This document shows positions 1-9,510 of a stretch of DNA of 64,000 nt, one piece after another. Each line of letters starts with the position of its first letter. Position 1 is the stretch's first letter. This DNA comes from Myxococcales bacterium (GTDB lineage: Bacteria; Myxococcota_A; Polyangia; Palsa-1104; JAEUJZ01), in assembly GCA_016794505.1 (NCBI GenBank), contig JAEUJZ010000074.1, forward strand, positions 49,061 to 113,060, written 5' to 3'. The notes beneath the pieces are model-generated. The model was not told where the DNA came from. It saw only the letters and a list, made by a program, of their open reading frames with translations, and did no database searches. Both the position numbers and the translations under genes were made by a program.

Positions 1-460
1 CACTCTCAGCTCTCCGCGTCAGGTGCTTGCCACGCCGACGCAGCTTCTGGTCGCTGACTCGGGCAATCACCGCGTGCTTTTGTGGCGCGCGTGGCCCATT
101 GCCAATGGCACACCCGCCGATGTCGTGATCGGGCAAGAGGACTTTGCAAGCTCGTACACCCGGACCTCGCGCAGTCGCTTGGAAAACCCCGCCGATCTTC
201 TGCTGTGGAATGGCGCGCTGTACGTCGCAAGTGCCGATCAGCACCGCGTCTTGATCTGGTCGCAGCTTCCGACGCAAAACGGGCAGCCGGCGGATGCTGT
301 CATCGGTCAGCCTGACTTTGCGTCCTCGCTGCCCAACCATCCCGAGCAGTCGCTAGCCAGTCGCCTAAGCGCCCCCGTGGGCCTGGCTGCCGTCGGCAAT
401 CAGCTGTTTATCGCGGAATCGATCAATAACCGCGTCGTGGTCCATGACCCGCTGCCGTAA
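1..460 (+). CDS. NHL repeat-containing protein, C-terminal fragment (gene begins upstream of the window)
   Basis: The translation shows repeated hydrophobic-Gly/Asp NHL-like beta-propeller motifs (LLVADSGNHRVLLW, LYVASADQHRVLIW, LFIAESINNRVVVH). The frame is open to the window edge and stops at 458-460. Confidence 0.6.
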   Translation, partial: TLSSPRQVLATPTQLLVADSGNHRVLLWRAWPIANGTPADVVIGQEDFASSYTRTSRSRLENPADLLLWNGALYVASADQHRVLIWSQLPTQNGQPADAVIGQPDFASSLPNHPEQSLASRLSAPVGLAAVGNQLFIAESINNRVVVHDPLP

Positions 461-1445
461 GCGGCGGACCGATGGGCTGCGTGGCTCGTCGTGCCACCAC
501 CACGCCGCGCAAGAGCACCGAGCCGATGATGATCGCGCCGCCAAGCAGCGTCGCCCGGCCAGGCCTCTCGCCCGCCCACAGCGCCACCCAGATCGGGTTT
601 AGGATCGGCTCTAGCGACACGGCAAGCAGGCACTCGACGGCGGACAGACGACGCACAGCCGCGGCATAAAACAGGTACGCAAGACCGATCTGAAACAGCC
701 CCAGCCCGCTAAGCGCCAGGCCCTGCTCGACGGTCTGTGGCACATGCCGAATCATCCACGGCGCACAGATCGCGGCGGTAAGCAGGTTGCCAAGGACCAA
801 CGAGAGCCCCGAAAACAGCAAGCGATCGCGCTGCGCAAGTCGTTCCGTCTCGGATGGAGCGGGACCTGCGGGGTCGATGGGGTCGGGCTCGCGTGCCATG
901 CGCCGCCAAAGCAGCGGCAGAAGCCCAAAGCCCAGGCCTGATGCCATGGCCAAGCCGTTGCCCAGCCAGCCCGCCGCCGAAAGCTCGCTGGAAAAGCACA
1001 GCGCGATGCCTACGAGGCAGGCCAGCACGGCCAGCCAGTCGCCGCCGCGCACTGGCTCTCGCAAGAGCGGCCCCGACAGCAGCGCGACATAGATCGGCGC
1101 GCTGTACTGAAACAAGATCGCGTTCGCCGCGCTGGTCTGCTTGTTCGCGAGGACAAACAGCGTCACGCAGCCGGCATAGGCCAGGCCGGCGCAAAAAATC
1201 AGCGGCTGCCGCAGGGCTCCGGCGTAAAAGCTCGCTTGGCGCAGCCGGGGTCCGCGCAAAAGCAGGGCTGCGATGAACACGGGCAGCGAAAACAGCGCGC
1301 GGTATCCCGCGATCGCCGGCCCTGGAAGCGGCAACAGCTTGATGCCGATCCCGGCAGAGCTCCACAAGATCGCCGCTGCCACCGCGAAAAGCAGACCCGC
1401 GCCGCGCGACAGCGAGACCGTGGCCACCTGAGTTGAGCCCGACAT
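423..1445 (-). CDS. EamA/DMT-family (drug/metabolite) transporter
   Basis: The protein has about 10 hydrophobic helices and duplicated EamA-like halves. A more plausible internal start is MSGSTQVATVS at 1445 rather than the ORF-track start at 1631. The antisense ORFs across this gene are R/A-rich artefacts. Confidence 0.7.
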   Translation of the reverse strand: MSGSTQVATVSLSRGAGLLFAVAAAILWSSAGIGIKLLPLPGPAIAGYRALFSLPVFIAALLLRGPRLRQASFYAGALRQPLIFCAGLAYAGCVTLFVLANKQTSAANAILFQYSAPIYVALLSGPLLREPVRGGDWLAVLACLVGIALCFSSELSAAGWLGNGLAMASGLGFGLLPLLWRRMAREPDPIDPAGPAPSETERLAQRDRLLFSGLSLVLGNLLTAAICAPWMIRHVPQTVEQGLALSGLGLFQIGLAYLFYAAAVRRLSAVECLLAVSLEPILNPIWVALWAGERPGRATLLGGAIIIGSVLLRGVVVARRATQPIGPPLTAAGHGPRRGY

Positions 1446-1540
1446 ACCGCGCGCACGATACCGCAGTCTGCCCCCTCGCGTGCAGCACCTTCCCTGCATG
1501 CTCGACCGCACTGGCTCGCGGGCAGGGGCCTTTTCGTGCG

Positions 1541-1600
1541 CCCGATTTCTGCCGCGCGTTTCTGCCGCGCGTTTCTGCCGCGCGTTTCTGCCGCGCTGAA
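1541..1600. repeat. 13-bp direct tandem repeat, about 4.5 copies (GTTTCTGCCGCGC)n, in the intergenic region upstream of the amidase gene
   Basis: The repeat can be read directly: cgcgcgtttctgccgcgcgtttctgccgcgcgtttctgccgcgcgtttctgccgcgctga. Confidence 0.85.
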
Positions 1601-1670
1601 TCGCGCTGTACAGGGCCCGCGGCGCTTCCATATAGTCGCGCCACGCCGGGTTCCGGCGAAGGAGGCTGCT

Positions 1671-3314
1671 ATGCGCTCGAAGCTCTCGGTTTCACGCGTA
1701 TTCCCCACAGGGGGTACGCTTCTCGGTTCGCTGTTTGTGCTGTCGCTGGGCTGCGGAGGGCTTGCAAGCGACACGGTGGCGGGATCCGTCGCGGGACCGG
1801 ACGCGCCCATCCCCGCTGCGCAGGCTGTGCCGGCTGGCGAAGCAGCCACCGAAGCGCCGCGCCTGGGCGATGCGATTCGCGAGGCGGCGCTGCGCTTCTC
1901 GGTGCCCGCCGATCTTCTGACGGCGATTGCCCAGATCGAGACGGGCTTGGTGTTCCTGCCGGGTCTCGACGGCGATGCATTCGAGGGTCAGCCTGCCTAT
2001 GGCGTGATGGCTCTGCGCGGCGAGCGCTTGGCCCGTGGCGCCGAGCTTTCTGGTCAGTCGGTCGCTGCGGTGAAGACCGATCCGCGAGCCAATATTCAGG
2101 CAGCGGCGGCGCTTCTGCGGGCGGCCGCCGACGGCGAACAGGGCCTTACCGCAGCGCCGATCGAAGGCTGGGCGGCAGCCGTCGCGCGCTTTTCCGATCT
2201 GACCCGCGAGGATGCCCGCGCCGACTATGCCAAAGACGTCTATGCCACGCTGCAGCGCGGCCTGCCCGACGAAGTGAATCGTCGACACGACCTGCGCCTG
2301 AGCCCGCGTCCCGAGCTTGGGGCTGCGCTTCCGTCCACGCCAGGCGGCCTCGACATCCGGTCCGCGTACTATTCGGGCGCCAAGTGGAAGCCGGCCCCGA
2401 ATTCAAACTTCACCAACGGTCGCTCGGCTGCGATCGATGTCCTGGTGCTGCACACCTGCGCGGGAGCGTGGTCGGGTTGCTGGGGCTGGCTGACGACGCC
2501 GTATCCGACGAACCCGTACAAGACCTCGGCGCACTATGTCGTCAAGGAAGACGGCAGCGAGATCTATGCCCTGGTCGACGAGACAGACACCGCGCACCAC
2601 GTCGGCAAGCCCTGGCTCGGCGCGTCGACCAACGCTCGCTCCGTCGGCATCGAGCACGCCGGCACGTCGTACCAAGGCAGCAACGTGTGGCAGGCCGGAC
2701 AGATGGCGGCATCGCTGAAGCTGTCGTGCGACATCGTCAAGCGCCAGCGCATCATCCAAGACCGCAACCACGTCATCGGCCACTATCAGCCCGACCCAGT
2801 GAACCGCGCCAGCGACCCTGGCACCGCCTTCCCCTGGGCTAGCTATATGAGGGACCTCGCCACCTGCGTTGGCGGTGGTGGTGGTGGCGGCGGCGGCATC
2901 ATCATCGACAGCAACCAGGCCAACAACGGCCCCAAGGCACGCGTCGCGACACCCAGTGCCAACTGGGTCTCGTCGACCAACGTCGCTGGCTATTGGGGAA
3001 CGGGATATTACGTAGCTCAGACGGCTGCAGTCTCGGATGCCGCAGTGTTCGAATTCCAGCTCGATGCCGGGGGCGAGCGCGAGGTCTTTGCCTGGTGGAC
3101 CGCCGCGTCCGATCGCAGTCAGACGACGCCCTTTGTGATCTTCGACGCCGCGGGCAACCGCTTGGCCACGGTGAACAAAGATCAGACGACAAACGGCAGC
3201 CGCTGGGTCTCGCTGGGTCGGTACCGCTTTGCCGCGGGCTGGAATCAGGTTGCGGTCTCGCGCTGGACGACGCCGGGTGACGTGGTTGTCGCCGACGCCA
3301 TCCGCGTTGAGTAA
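1671..3314 (+). CDS. Secreted N-acetylmuramoyl-L-alanine amidase (amidase_2/PGRP fold) with a Gly-rich linker and a C-terminal golvesin-like domain
   Basis: A strong RBS (AAGGAGgctgctATG) precedes the start. The N-terminus is a signal peptide with a lipobox-like LSLGCGG. The central region matches the amidase_2/PGRP family (HTCAGAWSGCWGWL..AHYVV..VGIEHAG..NHVIGHYQ..DPG). A poly-Gly linker (GGGGGGGGG) leads to a C-terminal beta domain ending AIRVE. Confidence 0.75.
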   Translation: MRSKLSVSRVFPTGGTLLGSLFVLSLGCGGLASDTVAGSVAGPDAPIPAAQAVPAGEAATEAPRLGDAIREAALRFSVPADLLTAIAQIETGLVFLPGLDGDAFEGQPAYGVMALRGERLARGAELSGQSVAAVKTDPRANIQAAAALLRAAADGEQGLTAAPIEGWAAAVARFSDLTREDARADYAKDVYATLQRGLPDEVNRRHDLRLSPRPELGAALPSTPGGLDIRSAYYSGAKWKPAPNSNFTNGRSAAIDVLVLHTCAGAWSGCWGWLTTPYPTNPYKTSAHYVVKEDGSEIYALVDETDTAHHVGKPWLGASTNARSVGIEHAGTSYQGSNVWQAGQMAASLKLSCDIVKRQRIIQDRNHVIGHYQPDPVNRASDPGTAFPWASYMRDLATCVGGGGGGGGGIIIDSNQANNGPKARVATPSANWVSSTNVAGYWGTGYYVAQTAAVSDAAVFEFQLDAGGEREVFAWWTAASDRSQTTPFVIFDAAGNRLATVNKDQTTNGSRWVSLGRYRFAAGWNQVAVSRWTTPGDVVVADAIRVE

Positions 3315-4518
3315 CCCGCGCCGCAGGCCGACGGCGCACCTGCTGCGGGGGGCGCTCGGGCGCGGCCTTGCGTCGCTGGGCCTTGCGTCGCTGGGCCTCT
3401 GGGCGCACGGTCCGTGGGGCGAGGTGCGGGCGCAGTCGAAGCCTGTGCCGCCGCGCCTGTCGTTTGTCTCTGAGCGGGACGGCCAGCGCGATGTCTATCT
3501 GATCGGCGGAGATGGCCGCGGCGAGACACGCTTGACCTTCAGCCCTGAAGACGAGAGCAACGGACCGAGCGCGCCCGACGGCACGCGGCTGCTGGTCACC
3601 ATCGGCTCCGCCGAGGAACGCCGAGCGACCCACGGCTTTCGCTTCGCGCTGCTGCCGCTGGTTCGATCCGCAACAACAAGCCCGCTGTCGCCGCTGCGCG
3701 ATCGCGGGCTGGACCTGCTTTCTGGCTCGCGCGCTTGGCTGCGTGAGCCCAGCTTTCTTCCCGACGGCAAGCGCCTGGTGTTCGAGTCCGAGCCCGACAC
3801 GTCCCAGTCCGGCCTGCGCGAGATCTTCCTTGTGCAATGGGACGCGGGGCCCGGCCGTCGTCCGACGCTGCGTCAGTTGACCCAAAACCGCGAAGGCAAC
3901 TTCGAGCCTACCGTCTGCGGCAAGACCGACTACATCGCATTCACATCGAGCCGCGATCAGAAGTCCGAGCTATATCGCATGCGCACCGACGGCAGCGACT
4001 TGCGTCGCCTGACCTATGCAGCGGGCAGCAAGTGGCAGCCACGCTGCAGCCCCGACGGCGTGCGCATCTTTTTTGTCAGCGATCGCGATGGTGCCGATCG
4101 CATCTATTCCGTCCACAAGAACGGGTCCGAGCCCAAGCGCCTCACGCGAGCGGGGCTGGATCCGACCCTCAGCGAAGACAGCCCAGCGCTGTCGCCCGAC
4201 GGCCGCAAGGTGGCGTATGTGCGACGCGGCGCGACGCTGGGAGCACGACTGCACGTGCTGGATCAGGCGACCGAGCGCGACTGCGAGGTACCGACCCCCC
4301 CTGGCTCGCGCGCCAGCGATCCAGACTGGTCACCGCGTGCAGGCGATGGCACATCGCGCTTGGCGTTTTCGCTGCAGCCCGCGGCGCACACCGACGCTGG
4401 CGCAGCCGCGCCCGCAAGCCCCAAGCGGCAGATCTTTGTCAGCGACGATCGCTGCGCTCGCATCACCCCGCTGACCACCGCCCGTGGCCCCAACTGGCAC
4501 CCGCTGTGGATTCGCTGA
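3229..4518 (+). CDS. TolB-like PD40/WD40-like beta-propeller periplasmic protein
   Basis: PD40-type repeats are present (DVYLIGGDGRGETRLT, DGKRLVFESEP, DGVRIFFVSDRDGADRIYSV, DGRKVAYV). The N-terminus is signal-like (LASLGLASLGLWAHG). The start is uncertain: the ATG at 3229 overlaps the amidase 3' end in another frame, and a GTG at 3277 is an alternative. Confidence 0.6.
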   Translation: MPRAGIRLRSRAGRRRVTWLSPTPSALSNPRRRPTAHLLRGALGRGLASLGLASLGLWAHGPWGEVRAQSKPVPPRLSFVSERDGQRDVYLIGGDGRGETRLTFSPEDESNGPSAPDGTRLLVTIGSAEERRATHGFRFALLPLVRSATTSPLSPLRDRGLDLLSGSRAWLREPSFLPDGKRLVFESEPDTSQSGLREIFLVQWDAGPGRRPTLRQLTQNREGNFEPTVCGKTDYIAFTSSRDQKSELYRMRTDGSDLRRLTYAAGSKWQPRCSPDGVRIFFVSDRDGADRIYSVHKNGSEPKRLTRAGLDPTLSEDSPALSPDGRKVAYVRRGATLGARLHVLDQATERDCEVPTPPGSRASDPDWSPRAGDGTSRLAFSLQPAAHTDAGAAAPASPKRQIFVSDDRCARITPLTTARGPNWHPLWIR

Positions 4519-4532
4519 CCGGGTCTCCGCTT

Positions 4533-6008
4533 CTACGTCTCCTCTTCCAGCCGACCGGGCAGAAGGTGCAAGAGCTCGTGCTTGCGCAGGCGGTAATACA
4601 GCGTCGAGCGATTGATGCCCAGCAGGCGGGCCGCCGCCGCAATGCGCCCTTCGCTTTTTTCCAGCGCGGCGAGGATCTCGCTGCGCTCTTGTTCCCCCAG
4701 GCGATCGGTCAGCGTGCGGCCTGAAATGCCTGCTGGATCGATGGTCGAAGGCAGCGTCGCGGGCATGGGCGCCGCCGTGACCGCCGTCGCTGGCATCGCG
4801 GCCGTCGGGCTGCCGCTGAATTCCAGATCGCAGATCCGCAGGGCCTGGCCCGTCGCCAAGATCAGGGCGCGCTGAATCAGATTTTCCAGCTCGCGCACGT
4901 TTCCAGGGAAGCTATAGCGCAGCAACAGATCGAGCGCTGTCGGCTCGATCCCGACGACGCGCCCGCCGCTATAGTGCCGCCACTTCTGCAAGAAGTGCAG
5001 ACACAAAGCCGGTACGTCTTCCAGACGCTCGCGCAGCGGTGGCAAGTGAATGGGAAAGACGTTCAGGCGATAGTACAGGTCCTCGCGGAAGCGGCCCTCG
5101 GCGACCAGTGCTTCCAGGTTTCTGTGCGTGGCCGAGATGATGCGCACATCGACATTCAGCGTCTCGCTGCCACCGACGCGCTCGAAGGTCCGCTCTTGCA
5201 GCACGCGCAAGAGCTTGACCTGGATCTCCATCGGCAGATCGCCGATCTCGTCGAGAAACAGCGTGCCGCTGTGCGCCAGCTCAAAGCGCCCAGGATGACG
5301 CGACACAGCTCCGGTGAATGCGCCGCGCTCGTGCCCGAACAGCTCCGACTCAAGGACTCCGGCGGCCAGGGCCGCGCAGTTCACGCGGACAAAGGGCTTG
5401 GAATCGCGCGGCGAGTTGATGTGGATGGCGTGCGCGACCAGCTCTTTTCCGGTGCCGCTCTCACCGCGCAGAAGCACGGTCGCCGCAGTGCGTGCCACCT
5501 GCTCGGCCCGCGACAAAGCGGCCTGCAGCGCGGGCGAATCCCCGACGAGCTGACCAAAGTTAAACGCGCTGTGCCATTCGCGATCGAGATAGCCGGCGTA
5601 CTGCCGAAGCTGCTCAACAAGGCGCTGATTTTCGGCGCGCAGATGATAGCGCTCAAGCGCCTGCGTCAGCACACCGCGCATCTCTTTTCCGTCCCAGGGC
5701 TTGACGATGTAGCGGTAGATCTGCCCCATGTTCACCGCTTCCACCAAGACCTCGACGTCGGTATAGGCAGTCACGATGATCGGCACGACATCCGGTGACA
5801 GCGCTCGCGCTCGCGACAGAAACTCAAGGCCCGTCATGCGCGGCATGCGCTGATCGGTGATCACCACCGCGACCTTTTCACGCTGCAGGATCGCCAGGCC
5901 TTCGGTCCCCGACTGCGCCGTCAGAATGTTGAAGCTCTTGCGAAAGCTGAAGCGAAACGCATCGAGGTTGTCCGGCTCGTCGTCGACCACCAGGATCGGC
6001 AGCGTCAT
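4533..6008 (-). CDS. Sigma-54-dependent two-component response regulator (NtrC family)
   Basis: The N-terminal receiver domain reads [10 protein letters not shown]...VITDQRMP..K. The central AAA+ sigma-54 interaction domain carries GESGTGKE and [15 protein letters not shown]. The C-terminus has a Fis-type HTH ([12 protein letters not shown]). The start is chosen at [10 protein letters not shown] (6008). Confidence 0.85.
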   Translation of the reverse strand: MTLPILVVDDEPDNLDAFRFSFRKSFNILTAQSGTEGLAILQREKVAVVITDQRMPRMTGLEFLSRARALSPDVVPIIVTAYTDVEVLVEAVNMGQIYRYIVKPWDGKEMRGVLTQALERYHLRAENQRLVEQLRQYAGYLDREWHSAFNFGQLVGDSPALQAALSRAEQVARTAATVLLRGESGTGKELVAHAIHINSPRDSKPFVRVNCAALAAGVLESELFGHERGAFTGAVSRHPGRFELAHSGTLFLDEIGDLPMEIQVKLLRVLQERTFERVGGSETLNVDVRIISATHRNLEALVAEGRFREDLYYRLNVFPIHLPPLRERLEDVPALCLHFLQKWRHYSGGRVVGIEPTALDLLLRYSFPGNVRELENLIQRALILATGQALRICDLEFSGSPTAAMPATAVTAAPMPATLPSTIDPAGISGRTLTDRLGEQERSEILAALEKSEGRIAAAARLLGINRSTLYYRLRKHELLHLLPGRLEEET

Positions 6009-6229
6009 GGGATCGAAGGCGGGAGCAGCGGGTGTCCCTGGTACCCCAGCGTGCGAGATCGACGAAGCGAGCAGCCCCGGCGAAGATGGCGAGCCAGCAC
6101 CGACGGATTGCGACATGGCTCGGCACGGTAACAGGGCCACTTGCGAGAGTAAAGCCGCCCTCTAGCGACCGACCGCGCGATCGCACGCGCGACCATCGGA
6201 GCGCTCGCCCATACGATCACCCCAAAAAA

Positions 6230-7669
6230 CTAGGGCGTCGTGGGCTTGCTCGGGTCGTGGTTCAGAAGAAGCTGTGCCGAGACCACAAGCGGCTCGTTGT
6301 GACGATCGCGTCCGTGGAACAGCACCACCAGCCGCTGCACTCCGACCAGATCAGCCGCTGGCAGCGGCAGCTGCGTGAGCTCTCCCCCGGCGAGCGTGGG
6401 AGGGGTAGCCAAGGCGCGCAAGAGCCGACGCTGACCTTCGCCCTCTTCGACATACAGCGAAAGCGATCCCGATCCCACGGCCCATTCCTCGACGCGAATC
6501 CGCAGGTTGCCCTCGGAAAGGGACAGCACAAGCTCACCGCGAAACAGGTAATCGAGCAAGCGCCGGGCCTGCTGTGTCGCATCGAGAAGCTGCGGAATCG
6601 CCGACTGGGCATAGCACTTCCAAGCGGGCTGGCAGCGCCGCGCCGTGCCTTCGGCCAAGCCCCCGCCTTCGCCGTCGGCAAACAGATCGCGCAGGCGATG
6701 CGGCGGGTTCGCTGGACTGCGCGCCGATCGCGCTTGTGCAGGCGGCTCTGGGATGGCGGCGCGACCAAAGCGACGCGCGACCCGCCCTGCTCCGTCCCCT
6801 TGGAGCACAGCCTGCAGATCGCCCCGCACATAGGCCGGATCCGCCATCTGCGATAGCACGCCCATCATGGCGCCCGCGCACAGCAGCGCCTCGGCCAACG
6901 CCGAGTCCCGCTCAGACGGTGAGGCAGCCGCGGCGGTGCGCTGATAGGCCCGCAGAAACGCTGGATAGCTCAGCTCGTTTTCTTCGCTCAAAAGCCAGTC
7001 CGGGGCTGCCCAGCCGGTGCCGTCAAACGCCGTGCCCGTCATCACCTCGCGCACACTGGCTAGGCCGCTTGAAAGCGACTGCCCGACGACCTCGGACACG
7101 CCTTGGTCCTTGCCGCGCGACAGCCCTTGCCCCGTCGCTGGATTAAAAAAGTGATGCCGCGCTCGGACGCCCGGACTGTGCTCGATGACGCTGCCCGCAG
7201 CTAGCCAGCCAAGCGCATGCAGACGAGCCAGCGGATACAGCTGACCGCTCTCTGGCTGCCACTCGGGGGCGTAGCCTTCCGCCGGACTAAGGACAGCCAG
7301 CCGGCCATAGATCGATCGGCTGCGCCGACCCGAGCGCGGACTGTCGACCACGGCGGCCGCGGCAAGGGGCGTTTGCTCCCCCGGCCGAGCGAGAGAATCG
7401 GGCCCGCTGTGCAGCCGCGAAAGATCGAGCCGCAGCGGCTCTAGCACGCCCAGCGGATGCGCAAAGCGAGCCATCAAGCGACGATGCAAGCGCGAGCGCA
7501 GAGCGGCCTGCTCAACAATTCCGGCGACGGTGGTCTCGGCCTCGAACGCCTCGGCCACGGACAGCGAGACCAGCGCGACTGCGACCGCCGCGAGCCAGCC
7601 CGCTGCATGACGGAACCTTATGAAGGCCCCTTGTGCGGGGCTCGCAGCGACAGCCTGGCTCTGGTGCAT
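6230..7669 (-). CDS. Secreted hypothetical protein with weak similarity to zinc-dependent phospholipase C / S1-P1 nuclease-like motifs
   Basis: A signal peptide follows MHQSQ (AVAVALVSLSVAEA). An HFFNPATGQG motif resembles the HFYDPDNGK zinc-ligand region of Bacillus phospholipase C, and a later LSQMADPAY segment is loosely similar. The functional call is tentative. Confidence 0.45.
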   Translation of the reverse strand: MHQSQAVAASPAQGAFIRFRHAAGWLAAVAVALVSLSVAEAFEAETTVAGIVEQAALRSRLHRRLMARFAHPLGVLEPLRLDLSRLHSGPDSLARPGEQTPLAAAAVVDSPRSGRRSRSIYGRLAVLSPAEGYAPEWQPESGQLYPLARLHALGWLAAGSVIEHSPGVRARHHFFNPATGQGLSRGKDQGVSEVVGQSLSSGLASVREVMTGTAFDGTGWAAPDWLLSEENELSYPAFLRAYQRTAAAASPSERDSALAEALLCAGAMMGVLSQMADPAYVRGDLQAVLQGDGAGRVARRFGRAAIPEPPAQARSARSPANPPHRLRDLFADGEGGGLAEGTARRCQPAWKCYAQSAIPQLLDATQQARRLLDYLFRGELVLSLSEGNLRIRVEEWAVGSGSLSLYVEEGEGQRRLLRALATPPTLAGGELTQLPLPAADLVGVQRLVVLFHGRDRHNEPLVVSAQLLLNHDPSKPTTP

Positions 7670-7718
7670 GGCCCCGGCCCATCTCCTATCGGTGCTCACT
7701 CGTCGACTCACAGTCGCC

Positions 7719-9227
7719 TCACAGCCGCCCCAGAGCACGCAGCAAGAGCGCGCTCGTCGCCGCCTCGGTCTCGCAGAGATCTGCGCCGCAGATCAGCTCT
7801 AGAACCAGGCCATGCTGACGGATCAGCACGGCCACTCCATACGCTCGCTGCTTGGCGTCATGGACGCGCAGCGTGGCGTCGATCCGCAGCGGGGTCTGAA
7901 AGGGTGCCGCATTCGGCAGAAGCGTCGGCAGCGGCATGGTATGGCGGCTCGCTTGACCGTCGCGCAACGGCGGCGAGACCACGGGTACTTCCGGCACCAG
8001 CGGCGAAGCGGCTCGCTGGGACGGCGGCACGAGCGGCGCGGCGGTCGTGATCTCGTTTAGCTGCGGGGTCACAAGCTGCTCGCGCAGCTTTTTCCACAGA
8101 ACCTCGGCGTCACGCCCGCTGCCCAGACGAAACGCGCGCAGCAGGATGTCGTGCGACTCAGGATGATCCGAGGCGCGATAGTGAACGCCGGAATACTGCA
8201 TGGCCAGCGGCGGGTTTACGAGCAAGGATCGCTCGGGCGCGGCCTTGCTCTCATAGACGCGTGCCTCGCGCTGTGACGCCATCTGCTCGACGTCGGTCAG
8301 CGTCAAGAGCTGTTCTGCCAAGGTCGGCGGGCCCACGCGCGTCGCCTCACGCAAGGGCTGCGGCGCGGTCCGAGCACGGTCGCCCTGCTGTTCTTTCGCT
8401 GTCGCCGCCTCTTTCGCGGTCTCGCTGGTGACGGTCGGTGCGCGCTCGGGCTGCAGCTCAGCAAGCTCTAGCGCCGCTTGGATGACATCGGCCTGCGCCG
8501 CCCGCTGCACCAGCGAGCCACCGCCTAGGAACACCAGATTGCGCAGTCGGGACTCGCCGCTGCCCAAGCGATCCAGGCGAATCTTGTTGCCGGCCTGCAC
8601 GAAGTCCTGTCGCGGAGTGCCGTCGTCCGAGCGATAGTCCGAGCGATAGCCAACATAGCCCGCTTTGTAGACCAGCAACGTGAAGCGCCGCAGCAGCGAG
8701 AGTCGCCGTTCGCGCTGCGGCAGGCTCGGCAGCGCATACGACCCGTCGGGCCCAGTCACCACACTCGTCGAGTACGCCCCCGCCGGAACCGGCAGCGCGC
8801 TTTCGTCTTCAAAGGCCCACGTGCCGATAACCAAGGCCCCTGCGACGGGGCTGCCAGTGCTCTGTTCGAGCACGACGCCCTCGAAGGGACCAAGCAGCGA
8901 GCCCCAGACCGTCGTATCTGAACGCAGACGAAACGACGCCCTAGCGACGCGAGCGATGCCGGGCGAGCACGCCGAAAGCCCCACCAGGGACACGGCCATC
9001 GCCCCGAGCAGGACCAGGGATCCCAGGCGCTTGCGTAGGCTGCACCGGCCAGGCTTGCGCGCTGCCCTCGGTGAAAGGTCTGCGGACGACAACCCACCCG
9101 CGATCGCCGACAGTGAAGAGGGCGACGAGCTCAGCGGCCCCCCACTATGCCCAGCGGCACTACCCGCCAATCGTCGGGGCCAATGTATGCTGATATGTGT
9201 ATGCACGCGCGTCGCCGAATGCCTCAA
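7719..9227 (-). CDS. Hypothetical lipoprotein
   Basis: The long ORF contains a lipoprotein-type signal (LVLLGAMAVSLVGLSAC). No recognisable catalytic motif was found. The true start may lie internal to the ORF-track start. Confidence 0.45.
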   Translation of the reverse strand: MRHSATRVHTHISIHWPRRLAGSAAGHSGGPLSSSPSSLSAIAGGLSSADLSPRAARKPGRCSLRKRLGSLVLLGAMAVSLVGLSACSPGIARVARASFRLRSDTTVWGSLLGPFEGVVLEQSTGSPVAGALVIGTWAFEDESALPVPAGAYSTSVVTGPDGSYALPSLPQRERRLSLLRRFTLLVYKAGYVGYRSDYRSDDGTPRQDFVQAGNKIRLDRLGSGESRLRNLVFLGGGSLVQRAAQADVIQAALELAELQPERAPTVTSETAKEAATAKEQQGDRARTAPQPLREATRVGPPTLAEQLLTLTDVEQMASQREARVYESKAAPERSLLVNPPLAMQYSGVHYRASDHPESHDILLRAFRLGSGRDAEVLWKKLREQLVTPQLNEITTAAPLVPPSQRAASPLVPEVPVVSPPLRDGQASRHTMPLPTLLPNAAPFQTPLRIDATLRVHDAKQRAYGVAVLIRQHGLVLELICGADLCETEAATSALLLRALGRL

Positions 9228-9510
9228 GGGACAGAGCCGATAGGTTCTAGCCTAGACGGAGCTGCGCTGTAAACCCTCTCGATCGTTGAGCAATCGCCGA
9301 CGTTTGGCGAGCGAGCCGAGGACACGCAGCCCGCCGACAGCGGTGGCAGCCCGACGAAAGCCATCCAGCGCAAGCGTTCGGCCAGGTCGGCTGGCTAGGT
9401 CGGCTGGCCAGGACAAATTCATGTCGCCGGGCTCGCTCGCCTACTTTGCGCTTGGCTCAGAGGGACTGTGTTTAGTTATATATAAGAGAGGCAGGCAGAT
9501 TTATCTGGCG

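Noticed and set aside
709-1849. Long antisense or alternate-frame ORFs (311 aa, 216 aa) overlapping the EamA transporter gene
   Set aside because: Their translations are Arg/Ala/Pro-rich with no domain signatures. They lie opposite a gene with clear membrane-protein periodicity. This is a typical high-GC third-position artefact.
1433-2842. 469-aa ORF overlapping the amidase gene in another frame
   Set aside because: The product is an R/G/P-rich low-complexity sequence. The amidase frame has a good RBS, a signal peptide and conserved catalytic motifs.
3837-6856. Antisense ORFs 3837..4724, 4974..5798 and 6032..6856 (each about 274-295 aa)
   Set aside because: They lie opposite the TolB-like, NtrC-like and secreted-protein genes, whose own frames carry recognisable motifs. 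The antisense products are Arg-rich nonsense.
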